Shown: positions 1 through 9,867, counted from the stretch's first letter. The stretch is DNA of 64,000 nucleotides from Rhodospirillales bacterium (GCA_965221855.1 CBDCSV010000001.1:365592-429591), one strand, 5' to 3'. The notes: generated from the sequence alone by a model not told the origin. Numbers and translations are program-made.

Positions 1-898
1 CCACGAAGCGCTGATCCTCGCGATAGATCACCATGACCGACGGCCGCTCATAGAGCGGGTTGCCGGTCTTCTTGGAGGCCTTGACCTTCCAGCCCTGGGA
101 CAGGATGGGTTTCAGCGATTTGATCTGCTCGTCGAATTCGTGGGACGTGGTGCCGGTGAGCGGCACCTCGTGCCAATTGAGGGCGGCCGCCGACGTGACG
201 CTGCCCGGCATCAGCTGCGGCGCCTCGCTGTAATAGAGGTTGGTGACCACCAGCACCGTCGCCGGGTGCTCGAAGAACCGGTCGGACATCTTTTCGAGAC
301 TGAGGCGGACGTCCTCGAGACTGATTTCCTTGCCGACGATGACGAACGGGACCGTGGGATGGCGCCGGTGCATGTCGCGCATCACCCGGGTCAGCACAGT
401 GCCGTCGCCCATGCCCGCATCGAACAGCCTGAGCGCCGGCGGTTTGGGGTGAACCTGGGCGAGTTCCATGCCGACCCGCTCGGCGACCACCCACTTCTCC
501 GAGCAGGTGTTGACGAACATCAGGTATTTCTGACGGTTGTCGTAGAACCGGAACGCCTTGGGTTCGCCGTTTTCGTCGAGGGGCGTCACCCGCGAATAGA
601 CCTTGGCCTTCTTCCTCCCTTCGGCGCCGTTGTCTTTCGGCGCCGCCTCGCGCTTGAGGGGCAGGTTGTCGGGCAGGGCCGCCGTTTCCGCGCCGTTGTC
701 CCTGGGCGCCGCCGGCTGGTCCTTGGTCATGTATTTGCGCACCCGGTCGACGGTGCGCAAGGTGACCCCGCGTCCGGCGCGCAGGCGGCTGACGAATTTG
801 CCGTCGTTGACGGTGAGGCGGCCAAAGGTCGACTCGGCGATGGCGTTATCGCGGCAATAATCCTCGATCTCACCGATGAATGTCTGAATGTCCTCCAT
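1..898 (-). CDS. Hypothetical protein, N-terminal part only (gene runs off the left edge). HTH-like N-terminus, then a Rossmann/SAM-methyltransferase-like segment.
   Basis: Hand translation of the minus strand from ATG (complement of 896-898): MEDIQTFIGEIEDYCRDNAIAESTFGRLTVNDGKFVSRLRAGRGVTLRTVDRVRKYM...LRLFDAGMGDGTVLTRVMRDMH... Open to position 1 with no stop, so it is absent from the ORF track. The track ORFs 140..961(+) and 48..494(-) look like shadows of it. Confidence 0.55.
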   Translation of the reverse strand, partial: MEDIQTFIGEIEDYCRDNAIAESTFGRLTVNDGKFVSRLRAGRGVTLRTVDRVRKYMTKDQPAAPRDNGAETAALPDNLPLKREAAPKDNGAEGRKKAKVYSRVTPLDENGEPKAFRFYDNRQKYLMFVNTCSEKWVVAERVGMELAQVHPKPPALRLFDAGMGDGTVLTRVMRDMHRRHPTVPFVIVGKEISLEDVRLSLEKMSDRFFEHPATVLVVTNLYYSEAPQLMPGSVTSAAALNWHEVPLTGTTSHEFDEQIKSLKPILSQGWKVKASKKTGNPLYERPSVMVIYREDQRFV

Positions 899-1074
899 TG
901 CCCAAGTCTTCGACCGGCGGACCAAGGAGTCAACGAAAATCCCATTAATTTAGTGGGATGAAATAGTAGGATTTTTCCTACATACCAGATGGGGCGTGGG
1001 ATTGAAGTGGGCTGTTTCGGTCACTCGGAAATTCCGTATATTGAGATTTCTGAATCTTGTGGTAGGTTGTTTAC

Positions 1075-3390
1075 ATGGACGCAATTGCCCCAAAACCTCT
1101 GGTCAATCCGGCCTTCGACGGCGGCGCCACGGCCCTGCCCGATGGCCAGTACAAATCGGCCTGCCGCATGTGTCATGGGGGCTGCGGCACCATCATGCAC
1201 GTGGAAGCGGGTAAGCTGGTCCACATCGACGGCGATCCCGACAACCCGATGAACCGGGGCAAGCTGTGCCCCCTGGGAGCGGCCAGCCTGGAGCAGGTCT
1301 ACAATCCGTCCAGGCTCAAATATCCCATGCGCCGGGCCGGCGAACGAGGCGAGGGCAAGTGGGAGCGCATCTCCTGGGACGACGCCTACGACGAGATGTG
1401 CGCCAGGATTCGCGAGGCCACCGGGCGCGACGGCGCCGAGAGCATCTGGGTGGGCACCGGGACCGGACGCCACCATTTCGGTTATGTCTCCCGATTCGCC
1501 AACGCCATCGGCACCCCCAACTGGTGCGAGCCGGGCACCGCCCAGTGTTTCCGGCCCAGGGTTCACGGATCGATCATCACCATGGGCCAGCTGCCCATCT
1601 GCACCTATACCAACGAGGCGCAGCCGGACCTGATCCTGTTCTGGGGCCACAACCCCATCTATTCCGGGCCCGACGGCGAATTGGGCTTCGGGGTGAAGGA
1701 TGCCTTGGCCCGCAAGCCCAAGATCATCGTCGTCGACCCGCGCGAGACCATGCTCGCCAAGAGGGCCGACTACTTTCTCCAGCTTCGCCCCGGCACCGAC
1801 GATGCGTTGGGGCTCGCCATGCTCAACGTAATCATCGGCGAAGAGCTCTACGACAAGGAGTTCGTCGGGAAATGGACCCACGGCTTCGACCGGCTCGCCG
1901 AACGGGTCGAGCAATACACGCCCGAGTGGGCCCAACCCATTACATGGGTGAAGGCGGACGACATCCGGGGCGCGGCGCGGCTCTATGCCGAGACTAGGCC
2001 CTCCATGCTGGAATGGGGGTGCGCCATCGAGCACACGCCGGCCTGCTTCCAGACCGTCCGCGCGCTGCTCTGCCTGCCGTCGATCACCGGCAATATCGAT
2101 CAGCCGGGGGGCTGGGCGTTCGGCATGATGGGCATCGCGCCGCTGCCGCAGCTGTTCGACAAGATGCCCATGGAACAGCAGAGGAAGCGCCTGGGCTATG
2201 ACGACTACAAGGTGCTGTCGGGCGAGTTGGCGCAGCTGCCCTCGGCCCACATCCCCAGCATCTTCGATGCCATCCGCACCAGGAAACCCTATCCGGTCAC
2301 CACCGGACTGATCTTCGGCAACAATGCGCTCTCCACCTACGGCGAGGTGGACGTTGTCTACGAGACCCTGACGGCCCTCGACTACCTGATGGTCGCCGAG
2401 CTCTACATGACGCCGACCGCCGAGCTCGCCGACCTGGTGCTGCCGGTGTCCACCTGGGCCGAGGTGGACGCGCTGCCCGCCGTGCCGTTTTACGGCCAGA
2501 ACGTGTTGCTCGCCCAGCAGAAGGTGGTGCAGGTGGGCGAGTGCGTGCAGGACGAAGTGATCATGACCGAGATCTGCCGCCGCCTCGGCACCGAGTTCGG
2601 CCGGGAGAGCCCGGAAGAGGTCTACGATTCCATGCTGGCGCCCAAGATGGGCATGAGCTTCGCCGAGCTGCGGGAGAGGGGGTTCGTCCAGCCCGAGTTC
2701 AAGTACCGCAAATACGAGGAGAACGGCTTCAACACGCCGACCGGCAAGATCGAACTCTATTCCACCCGGATGGAGGAATGGGGCGACGACCCGCTGCCCT
2801 ATTTCGAGGAACCCCCCGAAAGCCCCTATGCGACGCCGGAACTGGCCGAGGAATATCCCTTCATCCTGATCACCGGCGCGCGGCTGCCCACGTATTTCCA
2901 GTCCGAATACCGGCAGATGCCGACGCTCCGGCGCGGGCGGCCGGAACCCGAATGCGAACTACACCCGGAGACGGCGGCCGAACTGGGCGTAGAGAACGGC
3001 GACTGGGTGTCCATCGAGACCAAGAGGGGCAAGTGCCGCCAGAAGGTGCGCATCTTCGAGGGCATCGATCCCCGGGTCGTCCATGCCCAGCACGGCTGGT
3101 GGTTCCCGGAGGACGACGACAGCCCCGACCACGGCATCTGGCGCTCCAACGCCAACACGCTCACCTCCATGCAGCCGCCCTATTGCAAGTCCATGGGCAC
3201 CTATCAGCTCCGCGCGCTGTTGTGCAAGATGGTCAAGGCCGACGAGGCGGACGAGCCGTGGCGGCCGCCCCGCATCGCCGCCATGGACGGCAAGTGGCGC
3301 TCCAACGTCGCGGACGTCCAGGACTGGGACGAGGCCGAGATCAAGGCTTGGCGCGAAATGCGCGGCGGCAAGAAACAGCGCCGGGTTTAA
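1075..3390 (+). CDS. Molybdopterin-dependent oxidoreductase catalytic subunit (MopB / DMSO-reductase superfamily), apparently cytoplasmic
   Basis: 771-aa ORF. N-terminal [4Fe-4S] motif CxxCxxxC...C (CRMCHGGCGT...GKLCPLG). Length and layout are typical of bis-MGD enzymes. No twin-arginine signal. Charged ~60-aa C-terminal tail. Confidence 0.85.
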   Translation: MDAIAPKPLVNPAFDGGATALPDGQYKSACRMCHGGCGTIMHVEAGKLVHIDGDPDNPMNRGKLCPLGAASLEQVYNPSRLKYPMRRAGERGEGKWERISWDDAYDEMCARIREATGRDGAESIWVGTGTGRHHFGYVSRFANAIGTPNWCEPGTAQCFRPRVHGSIITMGQLPICTYTNEAQPDLILFWGHNPIYSGPDGELGFGVKDALARKPKIIVVDPRETMLAKRADYFLQLRPGTDDALGLAMLNVIIGEELYDKEFVGKWTHGFDRLAERVEQYTPEWAQPITWVKADDIRGAARLYAETRPSMLEWGCAIEHTPACFQTVRALLCLPSITGNIDQPGGWAFGMMGIAPLPQLFDKMPMEQQRKRLGYDDYKVLSGELAQLPSAHIPSIFDAIRTRKPYPVTTGLIFGNNALSTYGEVDVVYETLTALDYLMVAELYMTPTAELADLVLPVSTWAEVDALPAVPFYGQNVLLAQQKVVQVGECVQDEVIMTEICRRLGTEFGRESPEEVYDSMLAPKMGMSFAELRERGFVQPEFKYRKYEENGFNTPTGKIELYSTRMEEWGDDPLPYFEEPPESPYATPELAEEYPFILITGARLPTYFQSEYRQMPTLRRGRPEPECELHPETAAELGVENGDWVSIETKRGKCRQKVRIFEGIDPRVVHAQHGWWFPEDDDSPDHGIWRSNANTLTSMQPPYCKSMGTYQLRALLCKMVKADEADEPWRPPRIAAMDGKWRSNVADVQDWDEAEIKAWREMRGGKKQRRV

Positions 3391-3947
3391 CCTCGGAAAA
3401 TCAAGAGACGCTCCAGTCCGTCGTCGACGCCGAACAGGCCGGATTTGTATGAGTGGACGGTGTGGTGGTAGTCAAAGGATAGACCTACCCGTAGCCAACC
3501 GCCCGGCGGCTTCTTACCTGGGAACAAATAGTTCCACCCGCCGCCAAGAGCCTCATGCTTGTCGACGGATCCGAGGCTTTCGATGGGATGCGAAACCTCA
3601 CGTGTGCCGAGAAGGTTGCGAACGATCAAAACGCGGTGATCGGTGATCGCATAGAGGTACCGGCCGGCTGCAAGCAGATACCAGACCGGTCGGAACAGCA
3701 TGACGATGCCCACGCCGACAAACAGCAGGCCGGCGAGAAGAAATAGAACCAGCACTTGCTCCGCATTGATTCTCTCGATGGTGCCGGGGATGTCGCCCCA
3801 ATCGACGAAGAAGCCCAGCCAGAAATACATGAACACCAGAAAGACCGCGCCCATAAGCACCTGGATGCGGCCAAGCTGCCAAGCCATGGCCAAGGGCCGG
3901 GGCCGGCCGGCCCAGCGGAGGCTTTCGCCGGGCTCGATCAGCGCCAT
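3387..3947 (-). CDS. Small membrane protein, two TM helices plus a PH-like (bPH) soluble segment
   Basis: 186-aa ORF. Hydrophobic helices VLMGAVFLVFMYFWLGFFV and VLVLFLLAGLLFVGVGIVMLF are followed by YAITDHRVLIV. 4-nt convergent overlap with the previous gene. Confidence 0.55.
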   Translation of the reverse strand: MALIEPGESLRWAGRPRPLAMAWQLGRIQVLMGAVFLVFMYFWLGFFVDWGDIPGTIERINAEQVLVLFLLAGLLFVGVGIVMLFRPVWYLLAAGRYLYAITDHRVLIVRNLLGTREVSHPIESLGSVDKHEALGGGWNYLFPGKKPPGGWLRVGLSFDYHHTVHSYKSGLFGVDDGLERLLIFRG

Positions 3948-4032
3948 GGCATCGGAATAGGGATCGGACAGGGAGGTTCGCCAACAAATTCTTGTTGGGT
4001 GGAAAGTAGAGCAGCGCGGCTACCCGATCAAT

Positions 4033-4611
4033 CTAAGCATTCCGCGGCGGATCGAAGTGGAAGAAATCGCGGAAGCCGTCGGCGATCTTCTTGCCGAAAT
4101 CGGCCTCCACCCCTTGCACGATGGAATCCGGGATCGAAACGTCGTCCCGGCCTTCCTCGACCCCGGTGATCACCGTCAGCTGCACCGCGTCCGTATCGCC
4201 GATGTTCTTGAACCCGCGATAGACCCGGGGCGGGCACGAGAAGGTATCCCACTTGTTGAGCACCAGCGTGTGCTCGACGGGATCGCCGATATAGTACTCG
4301 ATGGTGCCTTCGAGGCACATGAAGGTCTCGAATGTGGAATTGTGGCTGTGCCGGCACGGGCCCTGGCCGGGCGGCATGATGGAAATGAACATGGTCGAGC
4401 CGGCGGCGCCGACGATGGGCGAATCGTTGCCGAACGGGTTCTTGGTATCGTCCAGAATGATCGGCATCAGCTTCCGCGCATAGAACACGTCCATGGCGTC
4501 CTGGCCGACCCATTCCAGATCGTCGGCCGTCGACATCTGCCGGAGATCGCCGAACCGCCCGATCCGGCTTTCGATTTCCTCGGCGGTAGGTGTGTAAATC
4601 TCGTTGCTCAT
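4033..4611 (-). CDS. Cupin domain protein
   Basis: 192-aa ORF preceded by GGGAGG. Cupin-like His/Glu cluster (GPCRHSHNSTFETFMCLEG...FSCPPRVYRGF). Confidence 0.7.
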   Translation of the reverse strand: MSNEIYTPTAEEIESRIGRFGDLRQMSTADDLEWVGQDAMDVFYARKLMPIILDDTKNPFGNDSPIVGAAGSTMFISIMPPGQGPCRHSHNSTFETFMCLEGTIEYYIGDPVEHTLVLNKWDTFSCPPRVYRGFKNIGDTDAVQLTVITGVEEGRDDVSIPDSIVQGVEADFGKKIADGFRDFFHFDPPRNA

Positions 4612-4693
4612 CGGTTTCCTCCCATCCCTGGTGGATCAGTTCGTCCCGTGAAAAAAGGTTAGCACGAATCCCGGCGGGGGTGGCCAGCCCCGC

Positions 4694-5443
4694 TTACCTG
4701 ACGCTGATCTTGTCGAGCACCCAGAGCGCCCCGAACAGGATCGGCTGGTGGATCAAATAGATCAGCAGCGTCGTCCGGCCCATCCAGCGGAGCAGGTCCG
4801 GAATCCGGCCCTCGGGCTTCCACCCTTCCAGCCGCCGCATGATCCCGGGCGAGCCGAGCAGCAACTGCATGAAGGCGAAGCCCAGCAGCGTGGCGCCGAA
4901 CCACGGAAAGATGGGCACGTAATCGACGGAGAAGGGCGGGTTGGCGGCGAACCCGATCCAGGCGAGCTGGCGGATGTCGAAGAACGAAAGGTTGACGTCG
5001 AGCCCGAGAAATATCACCGCCGCGCCGCAGAGCGCGACGGCCCAATAGGGAAGGCCCGCGAAGACGACGATCAACAGGCTGGCGATGGCGAGGTTGTGGA
5101 GGATGCCGAAGAACACGAGGCCCTCCTCGAACACCGTCGCCGTGGCGATGGTGACGACGATGGCCGCGGCGAGGATGCGCGTAAACCGGTTGAGGAATTT
5201 CTGCGGGTCCATGGCCGTGCGCCGCGCAAGCGCATGGCTGATCCCGGAGGCAACCAGGAAGATGCTGATGATGAACGTCCGGGCGGCGAGCCAGAAGGGG
5301 TCGTTGAACAGGTCCACCTCGGCGTAGCCGAAGAACGACAGGTCCCAGGACAGGTGGTAGAGGATCATCAGGGCGATCCCGACCCCGCGGAGCAGGTCGA
5401 GGGCGTCGATGCGGGCCGGCGCCGCTGATGCCGGCGGCGCCAT
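4694..5443 (-). CDS. Multi-pass membrane protein, DUF1624 / heparan-alpha-glucosaminide N-acetyltransferase-like acyltransferase family
   Basis: Track ORF 4694..5617 trimmed to Met59 (MAPPASAAPARIDALDLLRGVGIALM...) because the upstream part runs into the repeat element. Many TM helices and the RIDxLDxLRG N-terminal motif. Confidence 0.65.
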   Translation of the reverse strand: MAPPASAAPARIDALDLLRGVGIALMILYHLSWDLSFFGYAEVDLFNDPFWLAARTFIISIFLVASGISHALARRTAMDPQKFLNRFTRILAAAIVVTIATATVFEEGLVFFGILHNLAIASLLIVVFAGLPYWAVALCGAAVIFLGLDVNLSFFDIRQLAWIGFAANPPFSVDYVPIFPWFGATLLGFAFMQLLLGSPGIMRRLEGWKPEGRIPDLLRWMGRTTLLIYLIHQPILFGALWVLDKISVR

Positions 5444-5540
5444 TAGGGCGCCCGGGGCCGGGAGATACCGATTTCGGTCATGGCGCCATTTGACAATGGC
5501 CCGGCGGGACGCGCTACCGTTTTCTAGTCCCTGGCGGCGG

Positions 5541-5745
5541 CACGAAATCCCCCTCACCCAGCTACGGCTAAGCTCAGCTATCGCTTCGCCAAGCCTCCGC
5601 AACCCTCTCCCCCTCAACGGGGGAGAGGGAGTCGTCGCCGCATCGTGTCCCCTCTCCCCCTGCTTCAGGGGGAGAGGGTTAGGGTGAGGGGGTCAAAAGA
5701 GATGAGGATGAGGGGGTCACAGGATATGAGAGTGAGGGGGTGCGG
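5541..5745 (-). repeat. REP/MITE-like intergenic repeat, copy A (inverted relative to copies B and C)
   Basis: Two perfect hairpins CCCTCTCCCCC-loop-GGGGGAGAGGG (5603-5629, 5650-5678) plus three GTGAGGGGGT motifs. The reverse complement aligns module by module with 9412-9593. Confidence 0.8.
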
Positions 5746-5759
5746 TCCGGCTGCCTCGA

Positions 5760-6437
5760 TTACGGACCTCGGGCGGCCGCGATCGGCGGCAGGCCGCGGA
5801 TGGCGTCGTGGATCGTTTCCCCCGTCAGCACCTTGAAGTCCCCGGACGCCAGCGCGAGCGCGCCTTGCCGCTCGGCTTCCAGATTCCCGTGGCCCGAGCG
5901 CACGTGCATGGCGCCCTCGCAGCCGGCATTCCGGGCGGCGCCCACATCGATGGCGCGGTCGCCGACCAGCCATGACCGCGAAAGGTCGATGTTGAGCGCC
6001 CGGGCCGCCTTGACCAGCATGCCGGGGTTGGGCTTGCGGCACGGATGGCCGCCGTGCCGGTAGGGCGGGCGCGCGTCGGCATGAAACGGGCAGGCGAAGA
6101 CCGCCGACAGATGGACCCCGGCGCGGTCGAGTTCCCGCTTGATGGCGTCCTGCACCTCGGCGAATTGGGGCCAGTCATAGTAGGCGAGGCCGATTCCCGC
6201 CTGATTGGTGACGATGACCACCGGAACGTCCGCCCGGTTGGCCCCGGCGATGACGTCCGCCGCCCCGGGAATCAGGCGCACGCCGCCGGCGCGGTGCAGA
6301 TAGCCGGCCTCCTCGATCACCACGCCGTCGCGGTCGAGGAACAAGGCCGGCCGCTCCGCGCCGGCGGCGGGCGGCGCCGCGATCTCGGCCCAGATGCCGT
6401 CGGAATCGACAAACCCGAATTCAGGATAGCCGGCCAT
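5760..6437 (-). CDS. gmhB: HAD-IIIA phosphatase, D,D-heptose 1,7-bisphosphate phosphatase (GmhB)-like
   Basis: Last 225 codons of the 805-aa track ORF. HAD motifs FLDRDGVVIEE, VTNQAGIG, CRKPNPGM, GDRAIDVGAA. The upstream 580 aa of that ORF is an antisense shadow of ilvD. Confidence 0.75.
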   Translation of the reverse strand: MAGYPEFGFVDSDGIWAEIAAPPAAGAERPALFLDRDGVVIEEAGYLHRAGGVRLIPGAADVIAGANRADVPVVIVTNQAGIGLAYYDWPQFAEVQDAIKRELDRAGVHLSAVFACPFHADARPPYRHGGHPCRKPNPGMLVKAARALNIDLSRSWLVGDRAIDVGAARNAGCEGAMHVRSGHGNLEAERQGALALASGDFKVLTGETIHDAIRGLPPIAAARGP

Positions 6438-6491
6438 GCCGTATTGTATCGCCTTCGCCCGCTGATATTCTCGAAATCCTCGTAAGCCCGA

Positions 6492-8210
6492 ATGATGAAG
6501 GATTCGATGACGGAAGACAAAAAGCTCCGGTCCCGCATCACGACGGACGGTCTCGACCGGACCCCGCACAGGATTTTCATGCGCGCCATGGGGATGGACG
6601 ACGCGGCCATCGCCCGGCCGATCATCGGCGTCGCCTCGACCGCCGGCGAGGTGACGCCCTGCACCATGACGCTCGCCGTTCAGTCCAAGGCGGCGCAGAA
6701 GGGCGTCGTCGAGGCCGGCGGGACGCCGCGCGAGTTCACCACCATCTCGGTCTCCGACGGCGTTTCCATGAACCATCCGGGCATGAAGATGTCCCTGGTG
6801 TCCCGCGAGGTCATCGCCGATTCCGTGGAGCTGGTCGTCCAGGCCCACGCCTATGACGGCCTCGTCGCCTTCGGCGGCTGCGACAAGAACCTGCCGGGCA
6901 TGATGATGGCCATGGTGCGGTGCAACGTGCCGGCGGTGTTCATGTACGGGGGCAGCGCGCTGCCCGGCAGGTGGCGGGGCCGGGACGTGAGCGCCATCGA
7001 CGCCTACGAAGGCGTCGGCGCCGTGATGACCGGCTCCATGTCCGAGGCCGACCTTGCGGAGCTGGAGCGGGTCTGCCTGCCCACCATGGGCGCCTGCGCC
7101 GGCCAGTTCACCGCCAACACCATGGCGATGGTGTCGGAGACCCTGGGCCTCGCCCCGCTGGGCTCCGCGATGATCCCGGCGGTCTACGAGCAGCGGCTGG
7201 CGGCGGCGGAGCATGCGGGCCGTCTGGTCATGGACATCCTCGAAAACGGCGGGCCGCTGCCCCGCGACCTGGTGACCCGGGCGTCCATCGAAAACGCCTG
7301 CGCGGTGGTCGCGGCGACCGGCGGCTCGACCAATGCCGGCCTCCATATCCCGGCCATCGCCCACGAGGCCGGGATCGCCTTTTCCCTGGAAGATGTCGCG
7401 GCGGTGTTCGACCGGACACCGCTGATCGCGGACCTCAAGCCGGGCGGCGCCTATCACGCCAAGGACGTCTACGAGATCGGCGGCGCGCCGGTCATCCTGA
7501 AGGCGCTGCTGGACGCGGGACATTTGGACGGGACGTGCCCGGCCATCGACGGGCGGCAATTGGGCGATGCGCTCTCCGATACCCCGGCGCCCGACGGCAG
7601 CGTGGTGCGTCCGGCCTCCGACGCCATTTCCGAAACCGGCGGCGTCGTGGTCCTCAAGGGCAACCTGTGTCCCGACGGCGCGCTGATCAAGGTCGCCGGT
7701 CTCGGCAAGCTGGTCCACGAAGGCCCCGCCCTGGTCTTCGACGGCGAGGAGGCCTGCACCCGGGCGATCGAAAAGGGCGATTACGCGGAGGGCTCGGTCA
7801 TCGTCGTCCGCAACGAGGGCCCCAAGGGCGGGCCCGGCATGCGCGAAATGCTGGGCACCACCGCCATCATCTACGGGCAGGGGATGGGGGAGAAGGTCGC
7901 GCTGATCACCGACGGCCGGTTTTCCGGCGCCACGCGGGGCATGTGCATCGGCTACGCCTCGCCCGAGGCGGCGGTGGGCGGCCCGCTGGCGCTGATCGAG
8001 AACGGCGACATCATCCGGATCGACTGCGAGGCCCGGACCATCGAGCACATGGTGCCGGCGGACGAGTTCGAGAAGCGGCGGGCCCGTTGGTCGCCGCCGG
8101 TCCGCGACGGCCTCGCCGGCGCCCTCGAAAAATACGCGGCGACCGTCGGCCCGGCCAACCTGGGCGCCGTCACCCATTCGGGCAACGCCCGGTGGGAAGG
8201 GGATGCCTGA
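6492..8210 (+). CDS. ilvD: Dihydroxy-acid dehydratase (IlvD/Edd family, short ~570-aa form)
   Basis: 572-aa ORF with IlvD/Edd signatures ([40 protein letters not shown]). Alternative start ATG 6507 is preceded by AAGGA. Confidence 0.88.
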   Translation: MMKDSMTEDKKLRSRITTDGLDRTPHRIFMRAMGMDDAAIARPIIGVASTAGEVTPCTMTLAVQSKAAQKGVVEAGGTPREFTTISVSDGVSMNHPGMKMSLVSREVIADSVELVVQAHAYDGLVAFGGCDKNLPGMMMAMVRCNVPAVFMYGGSALPGRWRGRDVSAIDAYEGVGAVMTGSMSEADLAELERVCLPTMGACAGQFTANTMAMVSETLGLAPLGSAMIPAVYEQRLAAAEHAGRLVMDILENGGPLPRDLVTRASIENACAVVAATGGSTNAGLHIPAIAHEAGIAFSLEDVAAVFDRTPLIADLKPGGAYHAKDVYEIGGAPVILKALLDAGHLDGTCPAIDGRQLGDALSDTPAPDGSVVRPASDAISETGGVVVLKGNLCPDGALIKVAGLGKLVHEGPALVFDGEEACTRAIEKGDYAEGSVIVVRNEGPKGGPGMREMLGTTAIIYGQGMGEKVALITDGRFSGATRGMCIGYASPEAAVGGPLALIENGDIIRIDCEARTIEHMVPADEFEKRRARWSPPVRDGLAGALEKYAATVGPANLGAVTHSGNARWEGDA

Positions 8211-8225
8211 GCGGCGTTCCGCCGC

Positions 8226-8372
8226 TACCCCCTCACTCTCATTTCTGTGACCCCCTCACCCTGACCCTCTCCCCCTGGCCTACTCCGCCGAAGTAGCCTT
8301 CGGCTACGAAGGCCGGAAAGAAGGGGGAGAGGGGACTATTCTCAAACCCTCGCCCCCTTGGGGGGTGAGGGG
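8226..8372 (+). repeat. REP/MITE-like intergenic repeat, copy B (short variant)
   Basis: ACCCCCTCAC motifs, CCCTCTCCCCC...GGGGGAGAGGGG arms around an inner GTAGCC-TTC-GGCTAC hairpin, then CCCTCGCCCCC-TTGG-GGGGTGAGGGG. Confidence 0.75.
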
Positions 8373-8469
8373 GGCGGCCTCGTTCCGCCCCCGCCCTTTA
8401 CGGAACCGATCCAGGCGATATTGTGGGCGTCCCTTAAACCAAGCATACGAGCGCGTCCCCGAATACGCC

Positions 8470-9399
8470 ATGACTGCGCCTCTCATAAAGGTCACGACGC
8501 GGAGTTTCTCCCGCCATCCGGTGTTGCGGGCGGAGCTGCTCGCCGAATTTCCCGGCGCCGTTTTCAACGAACAAGGCGCCCGGTTCGGCGGCGCGGCCCT
8601 CGTCCAATACCTCGACGGGGCCGACGGCGCCGTGGTCGGGCTCGAACCGGTCACCGACGAGGTGCTCGCCGCCCTGCCGAACCTCCGGATCGTCTCCAAG
8701 TACGGCGTCGGGCTGGACAACATCGACGAGGATGCCTGCCGCGCCCGCGGCGTGACCGTCGGCTGGACCGGCGGGGTGAACGCCCTCGGCGTTGCCGAAA
8801 TGACCGTGTGCTTCCTGGCCGGGCTGTCGCGCAACGTGCTCCGATCGGGGACCCGGCTGTCGGCGGGCGAGTGGGAGCAGTCCGGCGGACGCCACCTCTC
8901 AGGCCGCACCGTCGGCATCATCGGCGTCGGCCATGTGGGCAAGGAGGTCGTCCGGCTGCTGGCGCCCTACGGCTGCCGGATCATGGCCAACGATATCGTC
9001 GAGCAGGCCGATTACTTCGCCGAAAACGGCCTGATCGCCGCCTCCAAGGAGGAAATCCGCGCCGAGGCCGACTTCGTCACCATTCACACGCCCCTGACCC
9101 CGGAAACCCGGGGCATGGTCGACGAGGCTTTTCTCGCCGCCATGAAGCCGTCGGCGTACCTGGTCAATACGGCGCGGGGCGGCATCGTCGATCAGGCGGC
9201 GCTCAAGCGGGCGCTGACGGAGGGCGCCATCGCCGGCGCCGCGTTGGACGTCTTCGAGGAGGAGCCGTGCGGGGACCTGGAGTTCCTGAGCCTGCCCAAC
9301 CTGTTTTCGACGCCCCATATCGGGGGCTCGGCCGAGGAGTCCATCCTTGCAATGGGCCGCAGCGCGATCGGCCATTTGTCCAGATATTTCAATAGGTAA
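8470..9399 (+). CDS. D-isomer-specific 2-hydroxyacid dehydrogenase (phosphoglycerate dehydrogenase-like)
   Basis: Track ORF trimmed to MTAPLIKV. NAD-binding GIIGVGHVGKEV. Catalytic-region motifs YLVNTARGGIVD and PHIGGSAEE. Confidence 0.82.
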   Translation: MTAPLIKVTTRSFSRHPVLRAELLAEFPGAVFNEQGARFGGAALVQYLDGADGAVVGLEPVTDEVLAALPNLRIVSKYGVGLDNIDEDACRARGVTVGWTGGVNALGVAEMTVCFLAGLSRNVLRSGTRLSAGEWEQSGGRHLSGRTVGIIGVGHVGKEVVRLLAPYGCRIMANDIVEQADYFAENGLIAASKEEIRAEADFVTIHTPLTPETRGMVDEAFLAAMKPSAYLVNTARGGIVDQAALKRALTEGAIAGAALDVFEEEPCGDLEFLSLPNLFSTPHIGGSAEESILAMGRSAIGHLSRYFNR

Positions 9400-9411
9400 G
9401 GGCAGGGAGTT

Positions 9412-9593
9412 GCCGCACCCCCTCACCCTGACCCTCTCCCCCTGAAGAAGGGGGAGAGGGGACGACTCCCTTACCCTCGCCCCCTTGGGGGGAGAGGGAC
9501 GCGAAGGCTTGGCGAGTTAGGGCACAAAGCGAAGCGACTGCCCAGGCGAGCCTTAGCCGGAGCTGGGTGAGGGGGAATTTGTGCCGACTCTTG
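9412..9593 (+). repeat. REP/MITE-like intergenic repeat, copy C
   Basis: ACCCCCTCACCCTGA, CCCTCTCCCCC-TGAAGAA-GGGGGAGAGGGG, CCCTCGCCCCC-TTGG-GGGGAGAGGG, then a tail (...GCGAAGCG...AGCTGGGTGAGGGGGAATTTGTGCCG) that mirrors 5541-5600. Confidence 0.8.
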
Positions 9594-9626
9594 CGCCCGC
9601 TGTCTCACGGGCTATCTATTGTGACG

Positions 9627-9657
9627 ACGCCGCCCCATCCGGGCGGCGTTTCCTGTT
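9627..9657 (+). terminator. Hairpin, possible terminator downstream of the dehydrogenase gene
   Basis: ACGCCGCCC-CATCC-GGGCGGCGT (9-bp perfect stem) followed by TTCCTGTT, a weak U tract. Confidence 0.3.
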
Positions 9658-9867
9658 GGCCGACGAGCTATGCAAGTTTGTACGTGCCAAATGGGAGGTA
9701 CCCCCGAAAAGGATGACACTAAATGACTATTAATGTCCATGAATGACTATTACGCCGAAAACGCCGTTTTTTGCCATTTCAATGATTTCAATGACTTGGA
9801 GCTATGCAAAAATTGCATGGCTCGGGCGGGTTCATGTGGGTTCGGGCAGGTCAACGCTTCCCGATTT

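Noticed and set aside
140-961. 273-aa plus-strand ORF and neighbouring short ORFs at the left edge
   Set aside because: The opposite strand encodes a better-looking open frame (1..898) with a balanced composition and an HTH-like N-terminus. The plus-strand product is an R/G/V/H-rich shadow.
6438-8177. N-terminal 580 aa of the 805-aa minus-strand track ORF 5760..8177
   Set aside because: It lies antisense to a clearly recognisable ilvD. Its composition is the R/G/A/P-rich pattern typical of shadow frames in high-GC DNA. Only the last 225 codons (5760..6437) carry HAD phosphatase motifs.
5541-9593. Possibility that the repeated hairpins form a CRISPR array
   Set aside because: The repeats are not regularly spaced and are separated by whole genes. 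They are palindromic composite modules in both orientations, there are no spacers of uniform length, and no cas genes are present.
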